NCBI GenBank assembly: GCA_964016885.1
Contig: OZ024743.1
Span: 302,746,001 to 302,810,000 of the forward strand
Reading direction: 5' to 3'
DNA: 64,000 bases
Source of the DNA: Eledone cirrhosa
Taxonomy: Eukaryota
Made by a program: the position numbers and the translations under genes. Positions 16,802 to 31,603 of the stretch are shown one piece after another; the first letter of the stretch is position 1, and each line of letters opens with the position of its first letter. Below the pieces are notes generated by a model. That model worked only from the letters and a program-made list of their open reading frames with translations. It searched no databases and was not told the DNA's origin.

Positions 16802-17941
16802 CAGAACTTATTTTGGCCGATATGTCAATGTATTACAGAGAGAATAATAATAAAAAATATAGTAATAATATTATAATATTCGGTTTGTTTGCAAGAAAAC
16901 AGCCTCATTACGCATGTGTTCAAGGCGATTAACGTAAGCGTTTTGTTCGAAATGTAGGAGAGAGACAAATAATCAACAGTTGTTTCAAGTTTATTTCCGT
17001 TTATAAAGATTGTGTATTTCACTCCTTTTCTGCTACACCGTGGAATTGTTGAGAATATATAGTATTCTCTGAAGTATATATCGGCTGATGAAATTAATTT
17101 GTATACCGAGCGATTTTACGGTTGGTTTGCCGAAGATTAAATCAAAATTTGGTTTCGCCCTAACTTCGCGGTTTTGTGCAAAGAATGAATTATTCCCCGA
17201 TGAAATACGACCCAACTTTAAATCATTGGTAATGAATGACGTAGACTGGTGTTTCAAAATCAAATGAATTTCCATCTTAAGATGTTACCGAAACTTGTTC
17301 CTCGTTAACGTGGATGGCAAATTGTTTTTGTTATATATGATATGCTGTTATGATCTAGACTTTAGAAAATTTATCTTTGACATAGTTATACTTCGTAAGA
17401 GAAATTCAAATTATAAGCGACAATAGCACCAACGCACATTTGAAAACAGATTCTTGGATTGGAGATGTGTTAGATTCAATCTTACATTTCATACATACTA
17501 TTGAAACAAAAAAATCCAAGGTTTTGGAATGTATTCACACGCTAGAGCGTGGAATATATGACATTATATTGACACTAGAATATTATACACCTGACTGATA
17601 ATATGTAGTCAGCTACGGATCTAAATTCTATTATAAGCCCGGGTATAATATAATATAAGCTATATTCTAGAGAATAAATCTATTTTATAGGAATGCAGGC
17701 AAGAGCCCGGATTTGTAAAATGATTGTTAGTAGACAATATAAATATCTGTTATTAATATGAAAATATTCATAATGTGATAATGTGATGTATGCAGAATAA
17801 TATCAAATATCCTATGGGTATTTATGTAATTGTAGATACAATAAATATTGCGTGAAAATTAATAACAAGTAATCGCATTAGAAGATTTATCACACAAGAT
17901 TTCAGCAGTATAACAAATGCACACACACAAACACACGCACA

Positions 17942-18006
<65 letters not shown>

Positions 18007-18094
18007 ACACACACACACACGCACATATATATATATATATATGAATGTGTGTATATATATATGTGTATTTATAAATATATATATATATATATAT

Positions 18095-18223
<129 letters not shown>

Positions 18224-18819
18224 ATATATATAGTATATGTATATGAAGCAAAAGAAGGGGGATTATTGATACAGATAACTGTATTTTATTTTATTATGGA
18301 ACTCTCATAGAAAAATACGTATATTTTTTCACAGATGCTACCCAATAATTTCCTATTCAGAATATTTCCGTGATATTTTTCTTATGAGTTCTCTCGTTAG
18401 ATTTTAAAGATTTATTGATGTTCCTAATATAATGTTATGTTTGTTCGAAGGCTGTAGCAAGGAAAAAAAGACGGATTCGATATCATGCTTAGGGGATATA
18501 TAGTCCTTTATAGTATATAGATGTGTGTCTGCAGGTCGAATTGGAGATATGGTGATTTTTGGTAATTTATAATTTACAAGGTTTTTCGCAATATTCCCTT
18601 TTCAATCATGTTCGTGACCAGTCTATATATCGATACGCAGTTCAAAGCTAACCACCCTCGCATGCGACGTTAATATGCATTTGGCTTTGCTTATAAATAT
18701 AAAGTATATATATCTACTGAAAAGAAAGCACCAACACTTGTTTGAGACGAATATCCCAGAATAAATCGTTAGTGCCAATGTGTCTACATTGCTAAAGGGA
18801 ATGGTATTGCATATGCCGA

Positions 18820-18958
18820 AATTACATATCATCCATTGAAAATATTTTTTCATTACAAACACTATTAAGCCCTTAGCAATATACTGATTTGTACCGGATA
18901 AAATGAGTATTATGATTATATGAACACGAATAGACAAACACACCCACGCATATGCATA

Positions 18959-19006
<48 letters not shown>

Positions 19007-19140
19007 TATGCATATGCGTGGGTGTGTTTGTCTATTCGTGTTCATATAATCATAATACTCATTTTATCCGGTACAAATCAGTATATTGCTAAGGGCTTAA
19101 TAGTGTTTGTAATGAAAAAATATTTTCAATGGATGATATG

Positions 19141-19145
<5 letters not shown>
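18820..19145. repeat. Perfect inverted duplication (~140-bp arms) centred on (TA)n
   Basis: Arms are exact reverse complements; the ORF track shows the same peptide on both strands. Confidence 0.95.
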
Positions 19146-19194
<49 letters not shown>

Positions 19195-20378
19195 TATACA
19201 CAGACAATATGTATTTATATATATATAGTCGACGTACATTCAGAAAACACATGTCTGCTCAATAATGTGCGTATGTATGTATGTATGTATGTATGTACAT
19301 ATGAAAGTATGAGTTTCTGCTGTGTGATATTTAGTTTTCGCAGAATAAATACAGGACAGTAACAAGGTGACATGTATCATGACTTTTCTGCTCATTTGTA
19401 ATTATATGAATGTCTTAATGAATATATGGACACATCAATGCTATATCACGAATTTGTATTCGCAATATTTAAGTTTCCTGTTTCACCCCAGTACCTGACA
19501 TCTATGGCATGTGCTACTCCCTACACTCTCAGTTGGAGCCATGACTTGTGGGTGGAATTATGGAGAGGGTCACACTTTCGTGGTCCGTCAGATAGAATGT
19601 TCTTGCATTTCATTTGGCCTGCCGTTTCATAGAATTTGCCAAACTGAATTTCCCAGAGAAATATGTTAATGATACACGTGCTTCATGAATGCTCACACAT
19701 TTAGTTGCTCTTTTAATGTGCAGACTGTTCCATCGTTAGTTGAATTGGAACAGACGTCCTCAAAACGAACGCAGTTCTACTCAATATTTGTAGGTGTATG
19801 CATGTGTGTGTATTTATATTTGAGAGCATCTGAATATAAATGATATTTTATTCATTAATTTAGATGTTGTCAGTCATACTACTGGAGTAATTCTTATCAC
19901 AACACTTAAGGTATTGGCATGGGTTCATTCTGGTAGTTACGCATTCTTCTTGGGTTACACTCTCCGTTCCAATATTAATAAAATAATAATCCTTTTTATA
20001 AATGTGTTAATTATGAAAGATTTAGAAAAAAGGATTTGCAGAATTTATTGCAGCTCGTTGTGTGTTAAGTGTAGAGGCACGTGTAAATAATTTGCACGAT
20101 TATGCAAATTAAGCCAAGGATATACACACCAATAATAATCACAAAGAAAGCCCATTTAATGATGATGCTAGACAGTGGGTAAAAGAATGAAAGATTATAT
20201 TTCCTTATTTAACTAACAAAATACAAACACGGTATAATGAAAGAATAATAAATAACTCTTTCCCTCTATACATACTCACATACATACATACATGAACACA
20301 TATATTCATCTCCACCCCCGCATAAATATACACAATCACACACACACATATTAATATATATATATATATATATACATG

Positions 20379-20627
<249 letters not shown>

Positions 20628-21345
20628 GAATTACATTTTCGAAAATTAATTTTACACTTAAGAACACACAAATAGTGTTATATTCAATTTCCGTATTTAT
20701 CTTGAGGTGTCAAAATTGTTGTGACACGGTCACTAATACAATCTATCTTCAGCCGTTGAAAATTATTTCACTGGGCAATTGTTAAAACAGTCGGTGTCTT
20801 TCTCATACCAACTTTTGCTTTTCTCGTTTCATAAACATTTCAGAGTTACGCGTCTATTCTACATCTGTTTTAGACATATTTTATCTAGATTCACTTCCTT
20901 CTTTTGTGATCTTGATGTGAAGTATTTCCGACCAGTCTTATTGTGATTCGCATTAATCCTGGTGGTTTGTTTTGAACATATGAATATATCAGTTGAACTG
21001 CACTTAAATCAAAGTGTTTGCAATATTTGTTTATAATATAATTCTAAATTAAATTTGTGCTATATTGGTGCATCTTTCAGGATAGCAAAATATTTCAGTA
21101 AATTATGGTCTTGCCCGATGTTGATCTGGACTGTGAAAGAGGTTACGGTCTAATGCGACGCAGCTTATAAGTTAATATCATGATGAACATCTCAGTTGGT
21201 TGAGCAAATGAATGTCAATTGTAGAAACTATTGGAAATCCATTTACTATCTGGAAATCAGCATTCAAAGACGTTTAAATATATCAACGTATGAAGAACCA
21301 TTTGATTTGAACGATAATTTCATATTTCCAATATTATATACATTA

Positions 21346-22637
21346 CTAGCAGTGGTACCCGGCGTTGCACGAGTAAGGTATTTTGAAAGGCGGGCCGCCG
21401 ACAGACCTGATCGTGGAAAAATTGCATGCCTGGACAATGTGTAACGAAAATAAACCGAATAATCTGATGGTTGGATAATCTTTAAAATTTTCCTCGATGA
21501 AGCAGGAAAAATGCAGATTTTCACCTAATACGGGCCCTAGGGGATCAAGAAAATGAATTTTTTTATGTGCATAATATGCCTTGAAATTTAGGGAAAATCG
21601 GCTAGATGTAACGCCTCCAAAAAGCCCTAAAAAGCTGAAAAGTGATGTTTTTCCCCTAATGCGGGGCCTAGGCCATAAAAAGGCTGGTGTGTCTTTGCTC
21701 ACGGTATGAAGAAGAGACTAACTAATACATAGTTACAATTTCAAGGAAATCGGTCCGACGTAACACCTCAAAAAACCCCTAAAAGACGCAGTTTTCACCT
21801 AATTCGGGCTCTAGGAAATCAACAATTTGTTTATGTGCGCAACAGTCACGGACACATAAGTAATACACATGTAAAGTTTGAAAATAATCGGTTGTGTACT
21901 TCTCGAGTTTTAGGAATTCAAACTCACAGTCACACAAACAGAGTCAGACATCCTCAGGGAAGTGACGTAATGCAGACAGTCAGACAGACATAAATACATA
22001 TATTATAAGGGCGCGAGTTATATGTATGTATCTATCTAAAAAGAGAAAGACTATGAATTATAGAGAGAGATCGCTAAATCGCCTAATGTGGTCCCTAGGA
22101 CAATTACTTGTTCGTGATTGGTCAATTTCTAAGTTCAATTAGTGTATTATCAGTAGTCATCAAATTCTCGGAATTCAGAAAACTATGTCTTTCCAAGAAT
22201 TAATGTGAAATTGAAAGTATTCAATTTCCACGAATCTCAGAACAGTGTTTTTCTGCTAATTCAAGTGATAAACTGGAAGTAGTGTTTTCCACGAATTGGA
22301 GTGGGGAACCTGTGTACACTACAATAGTACTAGTTCATTTATACATTGCACCCTTGGCATTTTCTTTGCACCTTTTTCAGAAAACCAAAAATATTAATGG
22401 TAATGTAAATATTTATTTTCTTAAGGAACCCGGAGTTTGTTTTACGGAACCCATGTTGGCGACCACTGCCCTAGGGCATTGAAAATTTCAAATGTTTTTT
22501 GCCCAGAACACTCCCCTGAAACATAAGTATTACATGTGTCAAGTTTGAAAAGAGTCGGTTGGGTGGTTTTCGAGTTTTAGGGATTCAAACTCACACACAT
22601 ACACACACAGGTATCCTCAGTTTTATATATATATAGA
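21346..22637 (-). mobile_element. Non-autonomous Helitron-like element (possibly with a nested insertion at ~22.0-22.47 kb)
   Basis: Minus strand starts TCTATATATA at 22637 and ends with a GC hairpin (cccggcgttgcacgag) plus CTAG at 21346; A|T flanks; internal subrepeats aagtttgaaaa..tcggtt..tcgagttttag. Confidence 0.6.
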
Positions 22638-23159
22638 TAAACAATGTTCAATACGTTAAATACTATTCACCACTACAAGGAAAGAAGAGAAAACATGCAA
22701 AGAGTGACTTTTTAAAAAGAATGTTTAGTACTGAAACATAAATGTCGGAAAACTTTTCCTATCGTTAACAAAGCCTGCCAGATGTTAAAATACCAACAGC
22801 ATATATTCAGTAAAACGTAATTTGTCTGCAAAAAAGGACAATTAAAACCACCGTTATTACTAATTTTGACCACTTGTAATGCCGTTATTTTATTGACAAC
22901 ACATTGTCAACATCCGGTATAAAGACAAAATGAATTTAACTCTTCATGTAATTAATGTAGCTCTTATGACATGTGATATTCTCAGATTTAAGACGTGGGA
23001 TCGAATCGAATCACTTGCAAAGCAATCACAATTCCGATTACACACACACAGATATACACACACACACACATAAATAAAACGAGTATATCAGACAAAGCTG
23101 GAATTCCTTTTATTAATGTAATCTTCTATACACAATCATACACACTCGTGTATATTTAT

Positions 23160-23228
<69 letters not shown>

Positions 23229-23356
23229 GCAGATTTAATTTAAATGTAATGAAATAGACGTACAAATTTCGAGCTTGCGCGTTCTGAAATGTCTGATTCC
23301 TATATTGGACCATTTAATTTCCTAATGCCTTTAATTTAAGACCCTCACTGTGGTAC

Positions 23357-23396
23357 TCCCTTGATAATGGCTTTTTATAACCTGAAATATTTGGGA
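23357..23396 (+). ncRNA. Possible minimal hammerhead (U3-A8 variant) in a pLTR-like repeat
   Basis: tccc-TTGATAA-tgg..cct-GAAA-tattt-ggga, followed by a donor-like AG|GTAAG; stem II is weak. Confidence 0.3.
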
Positions 23397-23544
23397 TTAT
23401 TAAATTTGCTAAGGTAAGATTCTAATGTTATCTTGGCACTTTTTCTTTTCTAATGCATTGTATGTTTTCAAAATCGTTTATATATACATGTATATATAAA
23501 TATATCGTAATTGAGGGTGGATTTACGATTTTAAGAATACGATT

Positions 23545-23632
23545 GGGAATACATGGATGAGGAATGCACGATCTAGAGAGGAATGGGCAGCGTGCTGTGA
23601 CCAGCGGCACTGAATGGACGCCCGACAGGCTG

Positions 23633-23636
<4 letters not shown>
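23545..23636 (+). mobile_element. 3' terminal fragment of an RTE-like LINE
   Basis: Encodes GNTWMRNARSREEWAACCDQRH*, resembling the RTE C-terminus W...A.DR..W; then a short UTR and (TA)n. Confidence 0.5.
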
Positions 23637-23723
<87 letters not shown>

Positions 23724-24498
23724 GATATATATATATATATTTTAGATCTATGTACAAAATTATACAAAATTATACAAATTATCAAATATAATATATATAC
23801 CAACACATACATATGCCGCCTTCAGAAATAATGAAATATATTTATTGATAATAACAACAATTCAAAATTACAGGTCTGTTTGGGAACAGAGTTCAAATTG
23901 ACCAATGAAATACACAAAATATATCAATAAAATACAGTTAGGTGTGTGTATATATGTAAGTAACTTCGTTCACAGATATGCATAAAAATATATGTTCACA
24001 TGCATACGCATGTCGAAAAAAATGTATGTAAATACAAACAATTCAGGGCTAATGTCTCTGTATGTTTATAATCTACAGATAAAATACACATACGCATATA
24101 AACATATATAGATTCATATATACACACATATATATACACGCACATTCACACACACACGCGCATATACACATAAACATACACATACCCATGAACATACACA
24201 CACACACTCACACACACACACACACACACATATATGTATATATTATTATTATAACTATATGGATATTTAGGCACACACATAAACACTGCTACATATATTT
24301 TTACATCCAAATGCAGAAGTCGGTAAGGGGTTCAGTAATAACTAAGGATGTCAGGGAGCTGCCTATTTAAAAATGTATCTACAAATTTAGAAATAAAAAG
24401 AAATATATGAAAAAAAAAATATATATATATAAACAAGTAAAATATACTCATACATAAAATACATACCGATATACATATACATATAAATACACATACAC

Positions 24499-24555
<57 letters not shown>

Positions 24556-24699
24556 GACATATACACGTACACATACTCATACATACATAAATATACATAC
24601 ACATACATATATAAATACATAGACACACATACCAACACACATATATATAAAAATATATACATATATTCACAACTCACGTACATATATACACATATATGT

Positions 24700-24740
<41 letters not shown>

Positions 24741-25093
24741 TACATACAGACACATATATATACACACATATATACACACACACATATATATATATATACA
24801 TACACACACATATATACATATATATATATACACACACACACAACACACACACACACATACATATACGTATATATACACACACATACACATATCCATGTAT
24901 GTATATACACATACAATCACACGCTCACACAACTCAGACAATTATGGACACATATATATATATACACATACACACATCCCTACAAATATATATACACATA
25001 TACGCACGCACGCATACATATATACATACACACATACTTATACATAGACATATATATACATACATATGTATACATACATATACATATATATAC

Positions 25094-25138
<45 letters not shown>

Positions 25139-25299
25139 CAATCATAGACACTTATTTACATGCGCACATATGTATTTTTATACTCACATATAAACACCCA
25201 AACATACATACCTACTTACATACACATACATTCATCCACGCTTACAAATATAAATAATTATAGGGGGGGGGGAGGGATTAAAATTATTAGTGGGAAAAA

Positions 25300-25785
25300 G
25301 TAAATATAGGTTTCAAGGAACATAGAATATTAATCTGCATTTAGATCATAATATATGTTTACATAGTAGTTTCAGTATTAGGAAATGTAAGAAAGAAGGC
25401 AAAATTATGCATTTTAATATAAGTAGACTATTAATTAAAGGTTAACTAAATTAAAATTAGTTAATATATTGATTTCTAAGGTGTATACTACTTAGGTTTA
25501 TAATATTTGAAGCGGAATTTTGAAGTTAAATAGTAGTAGAATATTAATTATATCATAACTAAATTAACATATTAACATTATGGTATCAATATTAGGAAAT
25601 TAATTTAGTAATAGGGAAAACCAAATCAAGTATTTCATCGGTAGTAGAATATAAATTATAGGTTAACTAAATTAAAGAATTATATATTAATTTCTATAGT
25701 ATATGTTAATTAGGTTTATAATAATTAAAGCAGATTTTGTATTTTATCTATAGTAGAATATAATTATAGGTTAACAAAAATTAAA

Positions 25786-25841
<56 letters not shown>

Positions 25842-26366
25842 TTTTAATTGTAAAGAATATATTGATTAGGTATATATTTAAAAATTTATCTCAGTTTATG
25901 ATTACATGATATTCTGCAATCCATCTGTATTGGAATTTAAATTTTCAGCTAATTAAATTAAAATTATAGGTAAACTAAATTAAAATTAATTTATAAATAA
26001 CTTTCTAAATTGTATATTAATTAGGTTTATAATATTAAAAATATTTCTCTCTTATTGATTACACGATGTTTTGTTATATTTCATCTATAAAGGAATTTTA
26101 ATAAAAGGTTAAATAAACTAAAATTAATCTATAAATTAATTTACAAAGTATATATTAATTATGTTAATAATATTTAAAAGTTTTTCACTATTTATGATTA
26201 CACAATATTTTTTATCTCATCTGTATTAGAAATTTAATTAAATTAAATTTATAGGTTATCTACATTTAAATTAAATTATATATTAATTTCTAAATTTCTA
26301 AAATATATATTATTATTTAGGTTTATAATATTTAAATGTTTTTCTCAGTTTATGATTACACGATAT
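25300..26366. repeat. Degenerate AT-rich tandem repeat (~140-160 bp) in the PLE 3' region
   Basis: gattaca marker at 25900, 26057, 26196 and 26354; recurring tagaatattaattataggttaactaaatt. Confidence 0.75.
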
Positions 26367-28722
26367 AATTAATTCCTGTCGCTTATTTAATAGGATATCT
26401 TTAGATTTCATTATTTCAAATAGTTCTTGGGAACATAATCTACATTCATTTCTATTATTTTGATAAGGGGTGGCTCTTTTGAGCACACTCCAGGTCATAT
26501 CATATTCTATATTCTTATTTCTACAACTATTAATTTTTTCTGCTAGAGATGTTGTATTAGCCAGTGCGGCATGTTTGAAACTATGTTTGTGGGTATTAAA
26601 CCTTACCTTAAAATTGTTAGAAGTAGCTCCTATATATGAGCAAATAGAGTCTTTAGTTTTAACCTTACATTTATAAACTATGTTGTTAACAAGACAATTT
26701 CCTTTTAATGGGCAGTTTGCTTTGTTTCTACAGTTACAACCTTTCGTTAATTCTGTATTTGAGGAGATATTATGGTTAGTTTGATGTATTGGTGGTATAC
26801 TTATGGTTTTTTTACATTTATATGCATTATAGGCACTTATATTTTGTTTTATGTTTTTGGTTGTTGAGTATGAGAATTTAACTGTTGACCTATTTAAGAT
26901 TTGATGGTATTTGTGGTTTGGCGGGAAGTCTTTCTCTAGGATATAAAAAAATTTGTTAGCAATATTATCCTTAATTTGTAAATTAAATGGAGCATTATAC
27001 CAAGTAACTCGTCTATTCCGGTTTCTATGTTGTTTATTATTTTTATAGGTTGTATCGTGATGTTTACTAGGAGGATTAATGTTAATGACATCACCACGCA
27101 TATTTTTAGTTAGATTTATTGATTTAGGTGTTTTATCATGTTTATTAGGAGTTTTATTGTTAACATCTATTAGAGTTGTATGATGAGTAGTTTTTTGAGA
27201 GTTACTATAGTTTATATTAGAGGAGTTGTTGGTATTTTGGGGTATAGTGTGGGTGGCATTTAGGTGTGTACTTTTCATTTGGTGTTTGTTGGTAATATTA
27301 GGCTGTATGTTTATAGTATTTTTAGTAGAAGGTATATATTCTAATCTATTTTTGTGGCCACTTCTATCTAGAGCTTCGTTATAGAAGGTCGCATTTTTAT
27401 CAAATACATCTTGGTTAGATGAAAGGTTAGAAATTATAAGTGATATATTATATGCAAGGTTTTTAAGGATAGATTTAGGGTGATTAGATTGTGAGTGTAT
27501 GTAGTGTAAGTTTTGGTTGGGTTTATGGTAAGGTTGGTAGATACCCGTAGCTAAGTCTAAAGTTATATCTAGGAAATTAACTACTTTACTTGTGTTTTCA
27601 AAAGTAATATGAAGACTATAATAGTCTTTAAGGAAAGTTCTAATAAGCTTTTTGTTTTTTTTCTATTTCTGAGAGGCTAAGGTTGTTGGAAAGAAGAAGA
27701 CAGTCATCACGATATAAACCACCTTTAAGGTGGGGGAAAGGAAGCATGTATGTTGAAAAGAAGAAAGAGGCCCACAAGATCAGTAATTTGGGCAGAATCG
27801 CTTGAACCCATAGTAATATCAAATAGATTACTATATGTGTTTCTGGTCCAATATTCATTCTGAAATTCAATAAGTGTTAGTCTAGCATGTGTAATAATAT
27901 TAATGTCATCCAAAGTTAAGTTAGATCTATTTTTAGCAAATATCAAAGCTTTGTTCAGGAGTATAGGTGAAATAGAAGAATAGTAATTATCAATATCAAA
28001 TTGTAGAAATGAAGCAGAAGATTTACATCTAATATTTTTAAACCAGTTAATTACCTGGGAAGTGTTTTCCCAGAGTGGTAAATTAACATGTTTTCTTATT
28101 TGTGGGATGACTCTATCCAAAATTTGTTTGCTAATTATTCCAATATCAGATTTGGAGGGACATATAAGTCTTATAGAAGGATTTGAGTTAAAGTTTGATT
28201 TATGATCCTTCAGGTTAAAGTGTGGTCTTTTCAATGCCAAAGGTTCAGTTCTATCTTCAATGTTTAGTTTTTTTACTATGTTGTGTGTTTTGTTGTTGAT
28301 ATTGGTGAGTGACGCATTATTAGATTTTTTATAGTTTTTCCTGAGTTCTTTATATATGAACTCATTATAATCTTCAATATTCATGTGATACAAGTTTCCT
28401 GTTTTATCCGAGTGGACATGGATTTTTTTAGACTTTTTTAGGTCCAAAAGGGTAGAATCAAGGTCCTTTTGAAAGACTGATTTATACTTCTTAAATTTGA
28501 GGTGTTTAATTAACTTAAAAAGGTCTTTCTCAAAGTCTTCAAGTAGAGAGTTGTGTGGTGGATTCTTGTAAGTATTGAAATCATACATATATTTCCTATC
28601 TGCATATTTAGATTTTTTATCGAAGTGGTAGGCCCTCCATCTCACTCTTCTGATAAATTGGTTAGTTTTTTGTATCATAAGGAGTAAGAAGTCGTCCTTA
28701 GAAGGTATTGGTATATTCTTTT
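26313..28722 (-). pseudogene. PLE reverse transcriptase + GIY-YIG endonuclease ORF, two frameshifts (~27730 and ~27650)
   Basis: KNIPIPS, VHSDKTGNLY, RLICPSKSDIG, QFDIDNYYSSI, DITMGSSDSAQITDLVGL, GLYRDD, VNFLDITLDL, CNCRNKANCPLKGNCL, IVYKC..SYIG...FKVRFNTH, CRLCSQE, LLNKRQE..SCNH. Confidence 0.93.
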
Positions 28723-28924
28723 TTGTATTTACATACATTTTTTTCGACATGCGTATGCATGTGAACATATATTTTTATGCATATCTGTGAACGAAGTTAC
28801 TTACATATATACACACACCTAACTGTATTTTATTGATATATTTTGTGTATTTCATTGGTCAATTTGAACTCTGTTCCCAAACAGACCTGTAATTTTGAAT
28901 TGTTGTTATTATCAATAAATATAT

Positions 28925-29077
28925 TTCATTATTTCTGAAGACGGCATATGTATGTGTTGGTATGTATATTATATTTGATAATTTGTATAATTTTGTATAA
29001 TTTTGTACATAGATCTGTTGAATATGCATACCAATTCTAACACATATATGTCCTAGAAACGATCGTTATATAATGAA
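28925..29077 (+). ncRNA. Hammerhead motif with ~115-nt extended stem II in the inverted pLTR
   Basis: ttcattattt-CTGAAGA(28935)-long stem (ttggtatgtatatt/aatatgcataccaa)-GAAA(29056)-cgatcg-TT-atataatgaa. Confidence 0.6.
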
Positions 29078-29272
29078 CTTTTTTTGTTTAATATAAGGAA
29101 CTGTTTCATTGTTTTATTCATTATTTTTTTAACATTTTATCTTGACTATGTATTCCGTTTATCTTTCACCGAAAGTGATTTTTGAATGCATCTCTTCTTT
29201 CCATGATATCCGGATTATATTGAGTTCTTCATACGGATTGGACACTACCGTAAACTCTTGGTAGATTTATCT

Positions 29273-29456
<184 letters not shown>

Positions 29457-29551
29457 ACGTAGGAAATGTGCTAAGGAACAAGGTGGACCATAACGCACCA
29501 AAGTACTCAATACTTAGGGTAGTAGAGTGGGTAATAGGAACGAGTAGGACA

Positions 29552-29650
29552 CCGACGGCTCAGCTCAAGCCGTTTCGACGGCTAATTCTGGACTAAATGA
29601 AAATGTTTATCCTGGTATGTGAATAGCCGAGCTTCTCAAGGGGTAATTCC
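29552..29650 (-). ncRNA. Hammerhead motif with U3-A8 core (TTGAGAA), GUC triplet
   Basis: Minus strand: cc-TTGAGAA-g.tcggcta...tagccgtc-GAAA-cggct..agccg-TC-gg; homolog of 4137-4227. Confidence 0.6.
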
Positions 29651-30287
29651 AAATATGGTAAAGGGTGGTTGCTGGCCTTGTGCCTAGGGTGGAAACAATT
29701 ATTTCGTATTAGTTTCGGGACTCTGAATTATTATTTCGTGGTAGTTTCTTTAGTATTTTTGCCTCCCACTTGTTGACCTGTCACCGTGACATATACTCGG
29801 TTGATTACTACTAACTCTTAAAATGGTATCATTACAATTCCGTCCCACCTACTAAACTTTTCTATAGTTTAGCAGTACCAGTGAGAGACTTGATGACTCT
29901 CGTTAGGGAATAGTAACCAGAAATTGTTTTTTTATATTTTTAACATTCTTGGTATTCTTCTATATATTTACTCCATATTGATTTATTTATTGTTTCGAAT
30001 TCCTCCCTCTCCCCCTCCCTAGTATACTTGCTTGACCTCCTGCCTTGCTGTAGTTGGCACTATCAACGCACGATGGGTTTCCTCCACTCCCTCTCCCTCT
30101 TTCTTCTACTGGCAGGTTCAGCTACCCCTTCCTTCCACAAATTGCCATGATAGAATTATGTGTCTCAACAACATACTTTTTACCAATCCTTGGGAAAATC
30201 ACCGTGAGATTGCTTGAGTTTGTGGGCTCCAGGTAAGGTTCCTATACTTAATTCTTCACATATTTCCTGTTATAAAACCGCGCAACA

Positions 30288-30846
30288 CATGTACCTGCAC
30301 ACATACGAACGTAAACATCAAATAGACATACAAAATATATATGTGTGTGTGTATACATATAATTATATAAACGTATATGAATATACACACATAAATACGT
30401 ATATAACGCACGCACACACATACCTACAGGTAAATACACACATGTTCACCAAACGTATGTATATCAAATTTCAATGTACATATATACACACCTTACATAC
30501 GTGCAAGCACGCATACACGCATACACACACAAACACAAAATACACATATAAACATAATCACATATACATATATATATAATATAATATATACACCTATAAC
30601 CAATAGAGGCATATATACTTACGAGAAAGTATACCTACCTTCACAAAACATACAGGCAAGGTATACTTACCTAAACAAATAAATAATGGTATAAACATAA
30701 AATATACTTAGCTACCGCGTGCGTTATATACGTATTTATGTGTGTATTTATATACGTTTATATAATTATATGTATATATACACACACACATACATATATA
30801 TTTTTTTATGTGTATTTGGTGTATACGTTCGCATGCACGTGTATGT
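30288..30846. repeat. Diverged inverted repeat (~125-bp arms)
   Basis: 30288-30413 matches the reverse complement of 30717-30846. Confidence 0.65.
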
Positions 30847-30949
30847 ACGTATAAAGATGTGTGTATGCATATATTTAGTTATCATTACTTTTATGATTTT
30901 AATAACCTCTGTCATTTTCGTTTTAGTAATTTATTTACATGATTCTTAA

Positions 30950-31097
30950 CTTTCCAGTATAGTTACGTCCCTTTACGGTCTGAGTTCAAATCCCACCGAG
31001 GTTAACTTTGGTTTTCATCCTTACGGGGGCGATAACATAAAGTACCAACATGCACTGGGAAATTGCTGCCCTTGTGCCAAAAGTAGAAACAATTATT
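30950..31097 (+). mobile_element. tRNA-derived SINE fragment (octopus-type)
   Basis: B-box-like gagttcaaatcc (30982), core ccgaggttaactttggttttcatcc..gataa..aagtacca, tail gcccttgtgcc..agaaacaattatt (tail also at ~29670-29703); family assignment is from memory. Confidence 0.7.
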
Positions 31098-31386
31098 CTT
31101 AACTCCGAAGTGGAGAATCATTCGGTTTCCTAAAGAGAATATTAGTCTACGACACCATGTATACCATAAGCGTGTTTTTTTCGACGTATTATATTCGTTT
31201 TTTTCTGTTCATTGCCAGGGAATGTCTTCACGAACCAAAGTATCGTCTTCCTGTTCTCCTTCGGTTGCATAGTTTTTCGAAATATTTAATTCTGCGTTCA
31301 CAGATTGACTTTTTAGTTTCAGAAGATCCCGTTAAGGGTGAAAGCATGGATTATTTGCTTAAACTTCAATCTGTTATTTTAATAAA

Positions 31387-31460
<74 letters not shown>

Positions 31461-31462
31461 CT

Positions 31463-31603
<141 letters not shown>

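Noticed and set aside
17033-17275. 80-aa non-repetitive ORF as a host exon
   Set aside because: No recognisable motif or convincing splice context; cannot be supported without a homology search.
22093-22477. Possible hAT MITE with ccctagga/ccctaggg target duplication inside the Helitron-like element
   Set aside because: The right end (ttggcgaccactg) is hAT-like, but no matching left terminal repeat is visible.
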